Source: Selaginella moellendorffii (taxonomy: Eukaryota > Plantae > Lycopodiophyta). From it: a stretch of DNA of 64,000 nt. Below, piece after piece: positions 49,391-62,454 of this stretch (the stretch's first letter is position 1; each line of letters starts with the position of its first letter). The stretch is taken from positions 1,251,262 to 1,315,261 of the forward strand of contig NW_003314312.1 of the NCBI RefSeq assembly GCF_000143415.4, given 5' to 3'. The notes under the pieces were generated by a model. It worked only from the letters and a program-made list of their open reading frames with translations, was not told the origin of the DNA and ran no database searches. The translations under genes were made by a program, and so were the position numbers.

Positions 49391-52300
49391 TCAGACTGTT
49401 ATTTTTTGCCTCCAACGCCTATACAATAATCTTGGAATTTCATCACTCTCCACACTATCAGGATTTAAACCCAATAGTAATGCCATCTCTTCTCTAATAC
49501 GTCCATGCTCATGTTCAGTGGTCGAAGAACCCATCCGGTTGAGCAGATTATGGAGATGCGGATAGTGCTTGGCTAGACAATATACATGCCATAAATGATG
49601 ACTGGTGTCTGTCCGATCAAATGGCTTCTGATATACCGTTCCATCTGCCATTTGGTTGATTTCTGCAGCCACCTCCTGGACTGGCCGGTTCTCTATCACC
49701 ATCGCTCCAAGCCGTTTTGCAAGGTCCCCCAGAACATACGGTTTCTTCTCCCTAGTTTCCATACTGCAAGAGATGGGGTGCACTGCATATGTGTGCGTGT
49801 TCGCTGCAGTTTTAATCGGCGAGTCATCGATGATGAGGATTTCACTTGACCTAGCAGTCCGGTTCATCACTACAGCCTCTGGCTTGACGAAGATGGGCTT
49901 GCTACCCCTCACATGGACCATAGTCAAGCAATCCTCCTGCGTTAGGAGAAAGTCAAATGGTAATATTACTCGCGTCTGATCGTGCATCATCTGTAGCAAC
50001 GTTAATGCATTGTGGCGCATCATGGATGTCCAAACTCCCAATTGCAAATTGAACCCGGCCCTCTGTTTTAAGTGTCGCATGGTCATTATTAGATCCCGCA
50101 GTTTCTCCCGTGTGATTAATGTGAATCTGTCTCTTTTGACCAACTTGCGACCGCAGGCTTTGGAGGGTGCAGTGACATTCGAGGATGAGCCACGCTCATG
50201 GGAGAAAAGGACACCGTTCAGATCAAAAACGATACAGTACTTTCGCCGTGACTCTGAAATGAAATGCGTCAGCATAAAAAATGGTACAAGTCAATTTTAC
50301 CATCTACAATATTAGCGAATGGTGCTCCCGATGGTCGTTCAGAGGGTTTTGGTCGAGGAAACGTGAAGGGCGGAAATACTCTCCTCTGCAATGTGGGGTC
50401 AATCGCATCCGATGGCGTGTGGGCACATGCCATTTCAGTTGTAGACTCTGGTACAACTGGCTCAACAGTGGCATGGGGTGGTTCCGATGGCGTGTGATCA
50501 CACGCCATTTCAGCTGGTGCGTTGGCAAAGTGGACATGACCGAACAGGCAACAGGGGCGGTGTAGGGAGGTTCCAACGGTGCGTAGTCAGACGATTGGGC
50601 ACACGTTGAGTCCGTTGGAAATGAGGATACGACCGGCTCGGCGGCTGGGGCGGCCTCATGCGGGTCCAATGGCGCCTAGTCACCGTCAGTTGGATACGTG
50701 GACAAGATTGACTCAGTGGTATGGGCAGCATCAAGTGGAGCGTGGTCAGCTTGCTTGGCGTTGATATGGATAGTAGCCTCCACCAGCTCTGATGACTCTT
50801 GCAGGCAAGTAGAGTCCACTGGCGGATCCATATGCATGTCCAAATATCTCCCTTCGATTGAGATGGTATCCTCCCTACTGGCTACTAAAAACAAACTCAT
50901 TAGCACATTGAATCGACTATACTATATTTACCATCAACTGCTATTGGGCGCACTGCTGATTCTGAAGGATTGGACATACGTTTCGACCTTTGCTTGGCAC
51001 TATTCTTCCTCGACACTAAAGGCTAGAGTTTGTATCTTAATTCAACTGAATAATCTCTACTTACCATTTGCTTTGCAACCTACATGGACAATGTTAGAAA
51101 TGGTAAAGGTTAGGAATGGATGTACTATTATTTACCTGATGGTTTGTCTTGTATGACCTTCCTCCTCTGCTCTTTGGCCACCTCAGGCTGGCCATTGTCG
51201 TCATCATCGTCGTCGTCGTTATTGTGATCGTCACCATTGTGAGGACCATCCAAGTCCTCTTCGTCCTCTTCTTCTTCGTCCTCCTCTTCGTCCTTTTGCT
51301 CTTCCTGCTCATTATCTTTCTCTGGCTCCTCATCCCCCTCCTGCATTTCTTCCATAGGCTGCTCAGGCTGGATGGCTTGTTCTTCCAGGACCATCTTGGG
51401 AAAATCATCTGGCCGAGACTCCATCTCAAAATACAAGACATCCATAGCCTGTTTTAGTGCGTGACCTAGGACCGTATCCTCACCCGACTGTCTTAACATG
51501 GTTTCTGCACGTTCTTGCACCCTTCGAAGACGACGAGATGAGAAAAACGTGGCCCTGACTTGAAAAGCATCCCTCATCCATTGTACCTCTCCATTGAGAT
51601 TGGGGAAGGGGAGTCCGCCATAGGAATCTGAGTCAGGAGGTGGTGACCGCGAGGCATTACCTATCATCTTTTCATTGCCCTTCTTCCTTTTTGAATCAAA
51701 CGCCTCTGATCCCGACGACTGTCCAACGTGCTTTTGCTTTTTATGACCACTGTCAGTTTGAGCTTGGCTGGTGTTTGCCTGTTTTGCCTTTGAAGAAGTG
51801 TCTCCTGCAAGGAATGGCATGAGACCACACGCCATTGCAAATATAATTTGTACCTCCTTTTTTCCTATTGCTTGTCTGTTTGTCCTTCTTCGATGCGCCA
51901 CCAGTGCGCTTTTCAGTCCTCGTGTCTGAATATTCACAACGATCTATAATCAAAATGGCATGAGGGCTCACGTGACCTTACCTTGTGCAGGTTGTGAGCT
52001 CGGCCCAACAGTAGCTGTTAACGCCGTTTCAGCATCTGGGGGTGGCCACGCTCCTGCATACAGAGCTTGTGAGATAACATTTAAACTTAAAGTGCGTACT
52101 CACCAGGTTCGCAGAGAAGATACTGTTTTTCTTTGGCAACTGTAATTATATGCTTCATTGAAGTCACCTCTTCAATGGAGTTTGTCACCGCAACACACGG
52201 GACACCCTTGAGTAGTGCGGCTCGAAAGAATAGTCCGCCGCAGTTGTACTCGACAACGCATTTGCCCTTGGAGTCGGAAGCAGGTGCTATTGCGTTGAAG

Positions 52301-54893
52301 ACCCAGGTGAGCATTTCCCATGCTGCACCTGGAGCTTTCTCTGGATACGAAAGCTCCATAGCCGTCTTCAGTTCCTCAGGCATGGGTAAATTGACCTCCC
52401 TCAGATCAATTCGATCGGCCTTGTCGAACGAAGCTGGGAAGTCACTCCAGTCCCACTCTGCTGCAGGACCAATAACAAGGGCGAGTGTGAAGATGCGGAC
52501 ATTCGTCGGTATCTTCTTCTTAGCCATTATCCCATGGATCTCCTGCATCTCCTTGCCTTTCAACCGAGCCTTCACCTCGTTCAAGGCCTTCCAGAACTTG
52601 TGATAGGATTCGGAGTCGTAGATCATATAGTGGACTGAAGATTCCACCTCCGCAAGTCCCACCATTAAGTCAATGATGGAGCTGACTTTGTCTGCATGAG
52701 TGATCTCCTCGTTTGTGAAGTCCATCACACAAAAGATGTTCTTGACCTGCTCATCTCCGCGGGAAACGATGCTCCTCCACCTTTGATCCTCATCCGAATT
52801 CACGTATACCCGGTAAGGTTCTCGATAGGCCTCTGCTGCGGGGTCGAGCTGTTTCTGAAGCCGGCGGTCGACATCCCTCTTAATGAAATTTGGATACTGA
52901 TCCAACTTCTCAGCTTTACTTTTCGTGGCATCCCGCAGCAGATCGATGAACTTGGGGGCCCCCTTCACGTAGTCGTCGATGTCTTCATTTAACAACTCCA
53001 GCTCTTCCATCATCTCTTGCGTGGTGTGGATGCTCACCCTCTCCACGGCCACTTGCTCGAAGATCCAATCCTTTAATAGCGCACGAGCTCTCAGAGTCGT
53101 GCACAAGTCCTCGTATGTCACAATATGGCCGGGAGTCATTTTGGTCTTATTGAAGACTACCTCACCACGTAGAAGAGCATTAGCCACTGTCAGAAGGTCG
53201 TCGTCGTCTAGAGACCGCGAGAAATGCAAGGCGTTGAGCTTCAAATCATTGGGCTTCCGGCCATCCTCCACACCCATTGAGTTTAGCAACTCCCCGTCAT
53301 GGTACCTCCTCAGCACATCTACCCATTTGTCAAAAACAACTTTTGTCGCGAGTAGAATGTTATGGATGCTGAGTGTGTCATTGACCCCCAATGTTTTCGA
53401 GAGAAGACTCGAGAATTCCTACAATGGAAATGGCGTGAGGCCACATGCTATGCCACATGCAACGAGGCTTACCTGCCAGGCGCTAGTTGCTAGTGCACGT
53501 CCTTGTCCTGGTTTTTGTGGCTTCTTCAGTTGAACCCAGAGCTTCCGTGTTCGTGCCAATGTCTCGTGCAGACCCGATTTGTAGCACGTTTCTTGCTTGA
53601 CATTCTGCGCGTGGGAGATGGATATGATAGATCGGAGGGGCGAGTTGCCTTTTATCAGGCGGACAACTCTTGTCTTGAAGACTTTCTTCACCTCCTCGCC
53701 CACCATAATATCCACAACTATCTCTTGCATCGCCAAGCTAGAATGCTGCCCGGAGACGGCATAGAACCGGATGTTCTGATCGTCCAACACCTTCCTATTG
53801 ATCAAGTCTGGAAACCTCGTCTCGCCCTTCATTGTTTGGTAGTAGGGGATCACGTCTGCGATGTCGGGTGTTACTGGACTTGCCAGCATCTTCTGCTTCA
53901 GTTTCTCCACCCACTCATCAGATACTAGCCTGTGGTTGTATTTGCTTTGGATGTCGATACGGCTCACGTCAATTGTATATACTTTGTTGGAATAGTAACA
54001 AGTACTATTATCTGCGACGATTTTTGCTGCCTCTTCTTGCTCTTTTTGCTCTTTGCGGCTCTTCTTTTTGGTGGGTGTAGTGTTCGAACCCGAGGCAATG
54101 GCATCACCAAGTAGCTTCTTTTTTGGAGCAAGAGAGTCGGACGTCGGCTTGAGCTTGACCATCTTTTTCTGCTTCGGGGTAGTTTCCAAATCGACCCCCT
54201 TCCCCTTCGCTTCGCGAAATGGAGGCACTCTCAACGGCTCAATGTTGGAATATAGTTTTTGAACATCGCCGTAGGTGAGGTCCGTGGATTCCATGTGATC
54301 TTCATAGACCCGCAGCGTCTTTGAAATTGTGGGCCTCCTGGACAACCTCTCCCTAGCTCCCTCTAGGAATTCCTCATAGCCGCTGCCCCCCTCCAGGAAG
54401 CCGCTAGGATGTGCAAGGTGGATCTTGAAGGCGGACGCTGTCTCTACCACAAGTGCCAGTCCATATTCTTGCATGGAACTGCATGGAGTGTCTGTCACTT
54501 GGATGAGGATCCCCATGCATTCTTTTCTCCCACCATCTGTGTTGTACAGCCTTAGATCCTCGCCTTCCATCCCGAAAGTCCAACTGGTGAGCTCCTCCCC
54601 CTTCTCTGCATCCACATTGACAGTGGCTGGAAGAAGAACGCAATTCCTCGCCTGTTAAAAAATGCACAACAATTAGAGCTGACAGATGAAAAGCTAGCAG
54701 CTGGAAATAACGTGAGGCCACACGCCATTCACCACTGCATCAGATGTCTTGAGGCTGCATCCTAAGATGGCGTGAGGCTACACGCCATCTATAACCGGAC
54801 TGCACTCGAGAGCCCAATCGGTGCATGCCAATGTTGCTACTGAATGGCATGTGGCCTCATGCCATTTTCTACTTAGCCTAAAAGACTTACCAT
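49391..54893 (-). pseudogene. Copy 2 of the ParB-MTase-like-HAD cargo gene
   Basis: Same exons; disabled by TAG at ~50676, a 4-nt deletion at ~50520 and a deletion removing one splice acceptor at ~51647; several other exon indels are in frame. Confidence 0.85.
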
Positions 54894-57546
54894 TTGAAGC
54901 CGAATGGAGGCCGTGACAATCAAGGCCGGACTCACTGGCGAATGTGCACTGTGTGTGCAGCGGATCGCAGCAGCAAGGCTACTCTGCCACTTACAGTTGG
55001 AGAGTGGCGCTGAAATCTCCCGGGACGCCAAGTGGGCTGTGTGTGGGTGGCGGAGTGGGCGGCGGAGTTGGCGGTGAAGTTACAAACTGGGTGTGTCTTG
55101 AAGTGGACGCCGATGCACACGAGCGCGATGCGAGCGCGAGTGTGATGCAAGCGCGAGTAGATGCCGGTAGATGAGCGCGAATGTGAGCATGATCGCGAGT
55201 GGGAGCGCGATGCAAGCGCGAGTGTGCGAGTGCGAGTACGAAGCAAAATGCAAAACCTAACCTCACACGCGCGAAATGTCACAACGGTTGGTAATCCCGC
55301 CACGTCATCATTCCTCGGACTTGGGCGCCACCATTAATTTCTGGATTGCCGCGCGCATGCAAGCACGCAAAATCCAAAAGAAATCCGCAACGTCATCATT
55401 CCTCGGACTGTATGCACGCGAAATCCAAAAGAAAGATCATGATTGGGATATCATTTAATACCCTCGCTATATTTATACCATGCATGATTGGATATTCCAA
55501 AGCATCTTGTATTTCCAAAAATGGCAGATGTTCAGCTAAATAAAGAAATTCTATCTGTTTCTATTTTTCTCTCAAATCAATATTATAGCGTGTGGGCTCA
55601 TGCAATTTTGAACCAAAGAAACCCAAAAAACGTTGGACCCAAAATATTTTGAAAAAACCCAAAAAACCCTAAACATTTTAAACCCAACAATCCAGGCGTC
55701 CTGTGGCGTTATTCCTTGAATGGCGTGTGGGCGCATGCCATTTTCAGGGCCAAATGCTGAATAGAGAAAAATTCCCTTTCAGTGCAAATGCTGCAAGAGG
55801 CAGATGCCGAGCACAAAGGACTGTAACTACCTCACATGACACAGATAAACTTTTCTCTATTTGGCAAAGATAAACTTTATAGCGTGTGGGCTCATGCAAT
55901 TTTGAACCCAAAAAATGCACCAAAAAATTCTCGGCGTCATCTGGCGTTATCTCTTGAATGGCGTGGGGCCGTATGCCATTTTCAGGGGCACATAGGAGTA
56001 TATTCCTAGAATATTCTGACACGCGCGAGATTTTTTTGAGTTTTCTGGAGATCCAACCGTTAGATCGCAACTAGATTTTACAGAATGGTATACAATGTCT
56101 TTCTTGATGACCCTGCAAAGAAGCATCTCGATCGGACACCACATGAGACCACATGAGCCTTACAATGTTTCAGGGGCATTTGCCATAGATCCGACCGTTA
56201 TTTTGCTCCAAGATTTTACAGTTTGGTGTGCAATGACCTTTCCATCGACACTGCAAAGGGACATCATAATCAAATGCGGGATCACAAGAAACTAACTTCA
56301 CTAACTCTGGTTTCACCAAGATCTACGTAAGGAGTTATGAAATGAAAGGACCCTCTCTATTGAAATGTGTTTATGGTCCTAGGGGCATTGTGACATATCA
56401 AAGGATTTTGTATCAAGTTCTATATTTGAATGTTTATCAAGCTACTGAATTGCTAAACCCTAAACCCTAAACATGTGGCAAATGCTGCGTGAAGAAAGAT
56501 GCCCTTTCTGGGCAAATGCTGTAAGAGGCAGATGCCGAGCAGATGTATCTCAGGCTAGCGAAGGGGACAAACGAAAGCTAGCTATAAACATGATGGGATG
56601 CAAATAGATTACTAGGCTGGTCCTGCGAAAATCAAAAACCATAATTGAAAACATTGAAAATGCAAAAAGAAAGGTTTATAATATTTTTGAATTTTAAGCA
56701 ACCAAAGGAATGTAAGTAGGGCATGTGTTTGTAAGTTTAAAAATGCCTCAACCACTTAAATTCCCAAGTAAATAAAGCTATTTCTATTTTTGGTACAGGT
56801 AAACTTTATAGCGTGTGGGCTCATGCAATTTTGAACCCAAAAATGCACCAAAAAATGCTCGACTAGCATTATTCTTTGAACGGCGTGTGGCCTTATATTG
56901 CCATAAATGGACGTACACACACAGCATAATTATTCCTTTACACGGCGAATAATCTTGGCGCGGATCGCTGACATGGCATGACAAAGTTCGAATCACTGAC
57001 ATGGCACAGCTGGATCGAGGCAAGGACATGATGTGACAAAGTTCAACCTCCGACAGCAAAGTCTAGAAGCTACTCAGTTTGAAATTTGTCAGAGGAGTCA
57101 TAAGATCTGGTTTGTCAGAGGATTTGATGTGACGTTCAAGCATGTGTTATTTTTGAATTCTCGAACTCATTCCTAGGTCTATCATTTTTGTGCGCCGTGT
57201 TCTTGGTTCCGCTGAGCGCAGTGAGCGCTGCTTGTGTAAGCGGCGTTGTGAGCTGTGGTTTATGCGTCTACGAGCGGTTGCGGCATTGCGAGCGCCATTG
57301 CGAGTGGTAGTTTTTGCGAGCGGCGCTACGAGCAGTTGCGGTGTTGCGAACGGCATTGTCTTTGGTGTGGCTACCGCTTCCTCTTGATATTTGGCACTTG
57401 TGCTTCCTGGTATGTTCACCATGGAATGGCTTAGGACCACATTTAGAAATGGCATGAGGCCACATGCCATCTTGGGCCCTTGCAATTTCATGGCTAGCGT
57501 ATTGTCATGTATGTTTTTACTTGCCTGCAGCTGTGTGTATATCAAG

Positions 57547-57738
57547 ATGGCATGAGGCCTCATGCCATCTTTGGCCCCTTCTAGCCTATTGCCATATTCC
57601 TTTTGCCTTGCTGCAACTGTATATATTTTTGTATGGGTGACTAGTCACGCACACAAAAATATATACAGTTGCAACAAGGCAAAAGGAATATAGCAACAAG
57701 CTAGCAGGGGCCAAAGATAGCGTGAGGCCTCATGCCAT
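57547..57738. repeat. About 192-bp near-perfect inverted repeat with no loop, upstream of the transposase
   Basis: Centre GTGACT|AGTCAC at 57642/57643; both arms end in the 22-bp palindrome; copy 1 equivalent is 12912-13051. Confidence 0.95.
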
Positions 57739-57926
57739 TAGTGGTACCACTAATGGCATGAGGGCTTATGCCAATTTTGTGAATGCGAAATTTCACGTGG
57801 GTGTCAATAGCATGTTTGAATAATGGCATGTGGCCTCATGCTATTGAGGTTGTTTGGTATGTTATAATTTAGGCCATTCTCCAATCATTTTTTGTATGGT
57901 CTTAACTTCTTTTCTGCACTTTCAGA

Positions 57927-58628
57927 ATGGCCTTCAGGGTTGGGGAAAAGGTTTACATTTTGAATGGTGGGAAGAGAGTTGCAAAAGGGACCCTTGTGTC
58001 TATGGATCGGAACTTTGTTATACACTGTGAAAGGCTTGGGGAAGGCAATGCTGTTGTATCAGTAGAGACTGTCTTCGATGGGAATGTGGTCGCTATTGAA
58101 TGAGGAGAGATGGTCGTCGGGGTAAATGTTGTTGTTGCCTTGAAAAATCTTCAGAAGAAAGCAGATGTTGGGGACAGCGCAAGTGCGACGCATGTTCCCT
58201 CCGTGGATCTTAAGAACCGTGCTACATGGATTCAGGCGAAGGTGTTTCTAAACAACCCCGAAGGGGAGGTAGTAGCTGAGGGCTTAGCCACAGTTGTCGA
58301 TCCAAGAGATGCGGTTGCTAATCAAGAATTGGGCTGGGATGATATTGGAGTTGCGATTTTAGAGGTTGTTGATACAGAAGAAAACAGTCTGACTATTGGA
58401 AGCATTGTGCGGTGGAAATTGAGGCACTTAGTGTTTGAGAATGTGAAGGATTCACAATCAAACACCACTACAACTGATGACAGAACATCTCTTCATGGGA
58501 AAAGAAAGTACACCTTCCTAAAGCACAGCCAAAGGGATCTGAGCAACGAACCGAAAAGGCAGAAAATGGCGATGGAGGTTTGAATGGTCTCGACAATTGC
58601 TTGTTGCAAGAGGAGGTGCTGTCAACAT
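57927..58628 (+). pseudogene. Transposase N-terminus (two Tnp1/En-Spm-like beta domains plus CCxxxCC cluster)
   Basis: One frame from ATG 57927 with TGA at 58101 and 58581; repeated VAxG...D....LG...V pattern; ends ACCKRRCCQH. Confidence 0.7.
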
Positions 58629-60671
58629 GGGGGAGGGGGGTTCCAAAAGTATAGTAGGGATAGTGAGGTCTAGGAACCAGTCTTGAAGGAACTCTCCAGT
58701 GGTGCTTCTAAACTGACTTGAGGTTGAGACTAGGGCCGAGGGGCCTTGGGTGGGAGTGAGCATGAACTCGGGTGGTGCCAAAGGGGCCACCCAAGGAAGT
58801 GCTCAAGAGCAGCTCCCACTCTCGGAAGGAAAACCGATTGCAGTGCTTCTGGCTCATTGTGAGACACAAAATCCCTAGGCCCCAACGTGGAGCCGGAGGG
58901 GCGCCACGTGGTAGTGGCCGAAGCAAAAGCCAAATGGGCGTAACACGTTTGGACTAAAAGCTCCGCCTTGAAAGGTTGAGAGCGGGAGTGGAACTCCCAA
59001 TGAAGTGCTCGAGGAACAAGCACAAAGAGAGCAATAAGCGAGGCTCCAAAAAGGGACCCAAAAGGACCAACACATGACACGTGGAAGTGTCCGAGATGGA
59101 CCTGAGTTGGAGTCCGAAGTGGAATCCGAGAAGGACCCCGAGATGGAGTCCGAGGTGGAGTCCGAGGTGGACCTGAGATGGACCCGAGATGGACCCGAGA
59201 TGGAGTCCGAGATGGAGTCCGAGATAGACCCGAGATGGAGTCCGAGATGGACCCGAGATGGAGTCCAAGATGGAGTCCGAGATGGACCCGAGATGGAGTC
59301 CGAGATGGACCTGAGATGGAGTCCAAGATGGAGTCCAAGATGGACCCGAGATGGAGTCCGAGATGGACCCGAGATGGAGTCCGAGATGCAGTCCGAGATG
59401 GACCCGAGATGGAGTCCGAAGTCGAGACCGAGACCGGGACCGAGACCGGGACCAAGACCGAGACCGAGATCGGGACCGAGACCGAGACCGAGGCCGAGGC
59501 CGAGACCGAGCCTGAGTTCGAGTTCGAGTCCGAGTCCAAGCCCGAGTCGGAGTTCGAGTCTGAGTCCGAGTTCGAATCTGAGAGGGTGAAAGCCCAAAGC
59601 GTTCGTCTCCCAGACCCTGGGGGATTTGGTGAGCTCCAAAAGTATAGTAAGGGGGAGGACTGCAATGGAGCTAGTTTGGCCAGGAAAGGCCAAGTTGGCC
59701 CAGGAAGGCCGGACCCAGTGTTGGGTGATGAGCTGACCACTGTGAAGTCCAAGACTAGAGTGAATACGGACCGACAAGCGGGGTAGCTTGGTGAAGTGTT
59801 CAAGAGCCGACTCTAGTTCCCCCGGAAGATCAAATGGTCGATGCTCCCAGTCCAAGTGTGAGTGGCACTACCTACTTAGATACCAGGCGTGGCTTAATGG
59901 AACCTCGCTCTAAGCCCATGGCTAGAGCACCCAAAGGCGAAAGGCGGGGAGAGTACCCATGAGGCCCGCATAGGGCCATTGTGTTCTGAAATGGTGTCCC
60001 AAAGTCCCAGACTATGGAAAGGAAGAGGAGTAGCCCTCTGGTGTGGTGACCAAGGACACAGTTACATAATGAGGAAGTCCCAAAGGACCATGGGACTTAG
60101 TGGTCGGGCTTGTGGGCCTTGCCCCAGTGGTAGTGTTGGCGAACACGGCCATAGACAAAAAGGGACTTGGTGAGGACCGGAAAGGAGATATTGGGGAAGG
60201 CTATTCCCCATGTCCGTGGGCATCCAAAGGATGCTAAGGAGTGGGTCTGAGCTGATCACTCATGGGCGGATGGTCTAGTCTCGGAGAGACGGGATTGCAA
60301 TGCAGGTGGTGTTGGACCACCGATGTGACCAAGGTGAATAAGCATGGCCTAGCGTAACGGGCTGATATGTTGGTGGCATCTTGGGGTGTCGATCTTGGGA
60401 TCAGACACATGGAGCACTTGGACCAAGTGGAAAAGTTGAGTGGAAGTCAAAGAATGCGAGGTTGATGCCAAAAGTATTGTTCATTCCCAATCTTCGCATC
60501 CATCGATGGACCATAGTCACTTTAGTCACTACTTTAGTCACTTAACCGCACCTTTGACCACTTGGAGGAGTCCCATTCACAACCTCCATAAGTCCCATTC
60601 AGGACTTGGGGCTTGCTCGCCCCGAGAATGGCATCCATGCCAGACTTGCTTGATGGGTTACCACCTTTACA
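58629..60671. mobile_element. Family-A LTR fragment joined to a second LTR-like family (B) with a GAGATGGAGTCC tandem array; rearranged
   Basis: 58629-58857 matches the family-A LTR interior; family B starts TGTGAG at 58858; its counterpart lies on the minus strand at 62455-64000. Confidence 0.75.
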
Positions 60672-61466
60672 AGGTGACACTCCATCCTAGAACATCCTTC
60701 GACTGGACCATATTTCTCAAGCGGTGGATGTGGCATCCAAGGTGTTGCAATACGAGGGCATTATGCTAGTCATTCTTCCCCATTCTTTATTTTGGGGAGG
60801 TCCTTTTGCAACGATGGCAGAGAATGATGACTCTAGATTGGTTGAGTTTGCATCAGGCTGCCTACTCTCGAACATCCCGGTCGAAACAAATGGAGTAGGT
60901 GGCCGAATCCAAAATGTTTGCATTTCCATATCTTAAATTGATTGCCTCTTTTCCTTGTAGGTTTTAGCATGGAACTACCATGCTCTCTGCCGCTACTCTT
61001 GCCGTCACAATATCACATGAGCTGATGAGCGTGTAGGTTTGGCATTGCCAGGATATGATAGCTCAACAGATATCATCCCAAATGTCATTGATGAGGACCA
61101 TCATATAGAGTTCCCTAGTTATCGACATTGTTCACCAAAGGCCATACAAATCCTCCTAGAGGTGTTTTGTCCTCCTAAGGGGATTGTGCTTGATGCTACA
61201 GTAGGATTTAGTTCAATGGTGCTAGCAGCTAAAAAGACTGGGCGTGCAGTTTTTGCACTAGAGAAGGAGAGTGCATTTAAAGGTGTTCTTGGGACATTTT
61301 ATAACAGGTGATAATAAAGTATAAATTTCTCCTTATAGTAATTCCATCATGGTTGTGTATATTAGGTGGATTGATGATGTGGGTTATAATTTGCCATGTT
61401 ATGCAGAAGCAATGGCAAAAGCTCATATACAACAAAAGCTCGGATGTGGATGCCGAGGAAGACTAA
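60672..61466 (+). pseudogene. Intron-containing C-terminal fragment of a beta-class N4-C/N6-A DNA methyltransferase
   Basis: ASKVLQYEGIMLVI (RVLKxxG-like) and SPKAIQILLEVFCPPKGIVLDATVGFSSMVLAAKKTGRAVFALE (motif X / motif I block); GT-AG intron ~60916-60960; catalytic DPPY/SPPY part is absent. Confidence 0.72.
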
Positions 61467-61739
61467 GTTTAGTTTTTTTTTTTAGTTGAATTTTTTAGTG
61501 GTAATATAGAGTTTCTTCTTTGACTTATGATATTTATTTTCTTATTAAATTTATATTATTTAGCTTTTTCTTGGATTGAAAATATGTCTTAAGTTTTGAA
61601 TAGAATTGTTGGTTCGTCCCAAACCAATCATTTAAACATCAACTTTTATATTTGGTGGACTATATTGACTTTCATTGACTTGAGCTCAACTCAAAAACTA
61701 CCCAGCCCCATTTGCTCAGAAGCGCATTAAGATTGCAAA

Positions 61740-62440
61740 TATGAGTGACGAAGTTGCTTGAAGTTATTTTTTGGAAGGTTTAAGTTCGCTTTCTTGCAAT
61801 GAGATTTTGAAGTTTAAGCCGAAGACATACATGGAGTGTAAGAAGGTAGCACAACAAGTTGCTTTAGTCACTTGCTCATAGAACAGTATTAGCAGTTGTA
61901 TATTAGTACCTCGAACAATAATAAGAACTTTGGGAATAAATAAGATGATCAGAAATAGAGGGTGGAAGGAAAGTTCTGCCCTGGAGGCTCACAAGAAATG
62001 GTTAATAAAGGTGGTGGTTGGTGACCATGAGCAGCTTCTTCTGGTCTTAAGCCTTTTGTTCCTCCTCCTGGTGGGTACAAGCAGCAGCAACTTGTGAAAC
62101 CTGCTTGTAATGGAATAAGTAGTGTGGGTCATTGCTTCCATTGTGGAGAGATAAGACATAGGTTTTCAGAATGTCCCAACAAATATAAGACAAGGTCTCG
62201 TATTAATGTCATAAGGAAAGACGGTGGTGAAGCTGAAGGACCCAAAAATTAGTTAGTCAATGGAGACTATGAGGAAGAGGAGGTGAGTTACTTTCATTAC
62301 TTTCCTCAAGTTTTTCTTGCAGTTAATGCAAACATTGATCCATTGATATATCAGTCTGAGTGATGGTTGATACAGGAGCTACATACAACGTGATATCCGA
62401 AAACTTAGTTAAGTTTTTAGGATTAAATGCTTGCAAGCAA
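61740..62440 (+). pseudogene. Decayed gag knuckle / protease remnant
   Basis: CFHCGEIRHRFSECP and VDTGATYNV. Confidence 0.6.
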
Positions 62441-62454
62441 CTAATTTCTCCATT

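Larger units (their letters stand above)
48949..58628 (+). mobile_element. Copy 2 of the Sola-like transposon (left TIR through transposase 5' end, truncated)
   Basis: Begins at the same TIR base AAGCTCTATTTCG; colinear and highly similar to 4341-13051; breaks into LTR sequence at ~58629; no right TIR seen. Confidence 0.95.

Noticed and set aside
53419-53421. Apparent nonsense codon splitting the copy-2 ParB ORF
   Set aside because: It is the TAG acceptor of the 54-nt intron 53419-53472.
48949-57687. Segmental duplication or haplotype artefact of 4341-13051
   Set aside because: Similarity begins exactly at the TIR, flanks are different hosts, and there are many substitutions and indels: independent insertions.
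58730-59855. Long ORFs (357, 326, 202 aa) and similar ETESE/LGLGL ORFs in LTRs
   Set aside because: Stop-free by-products of hexamer tandem repeats.
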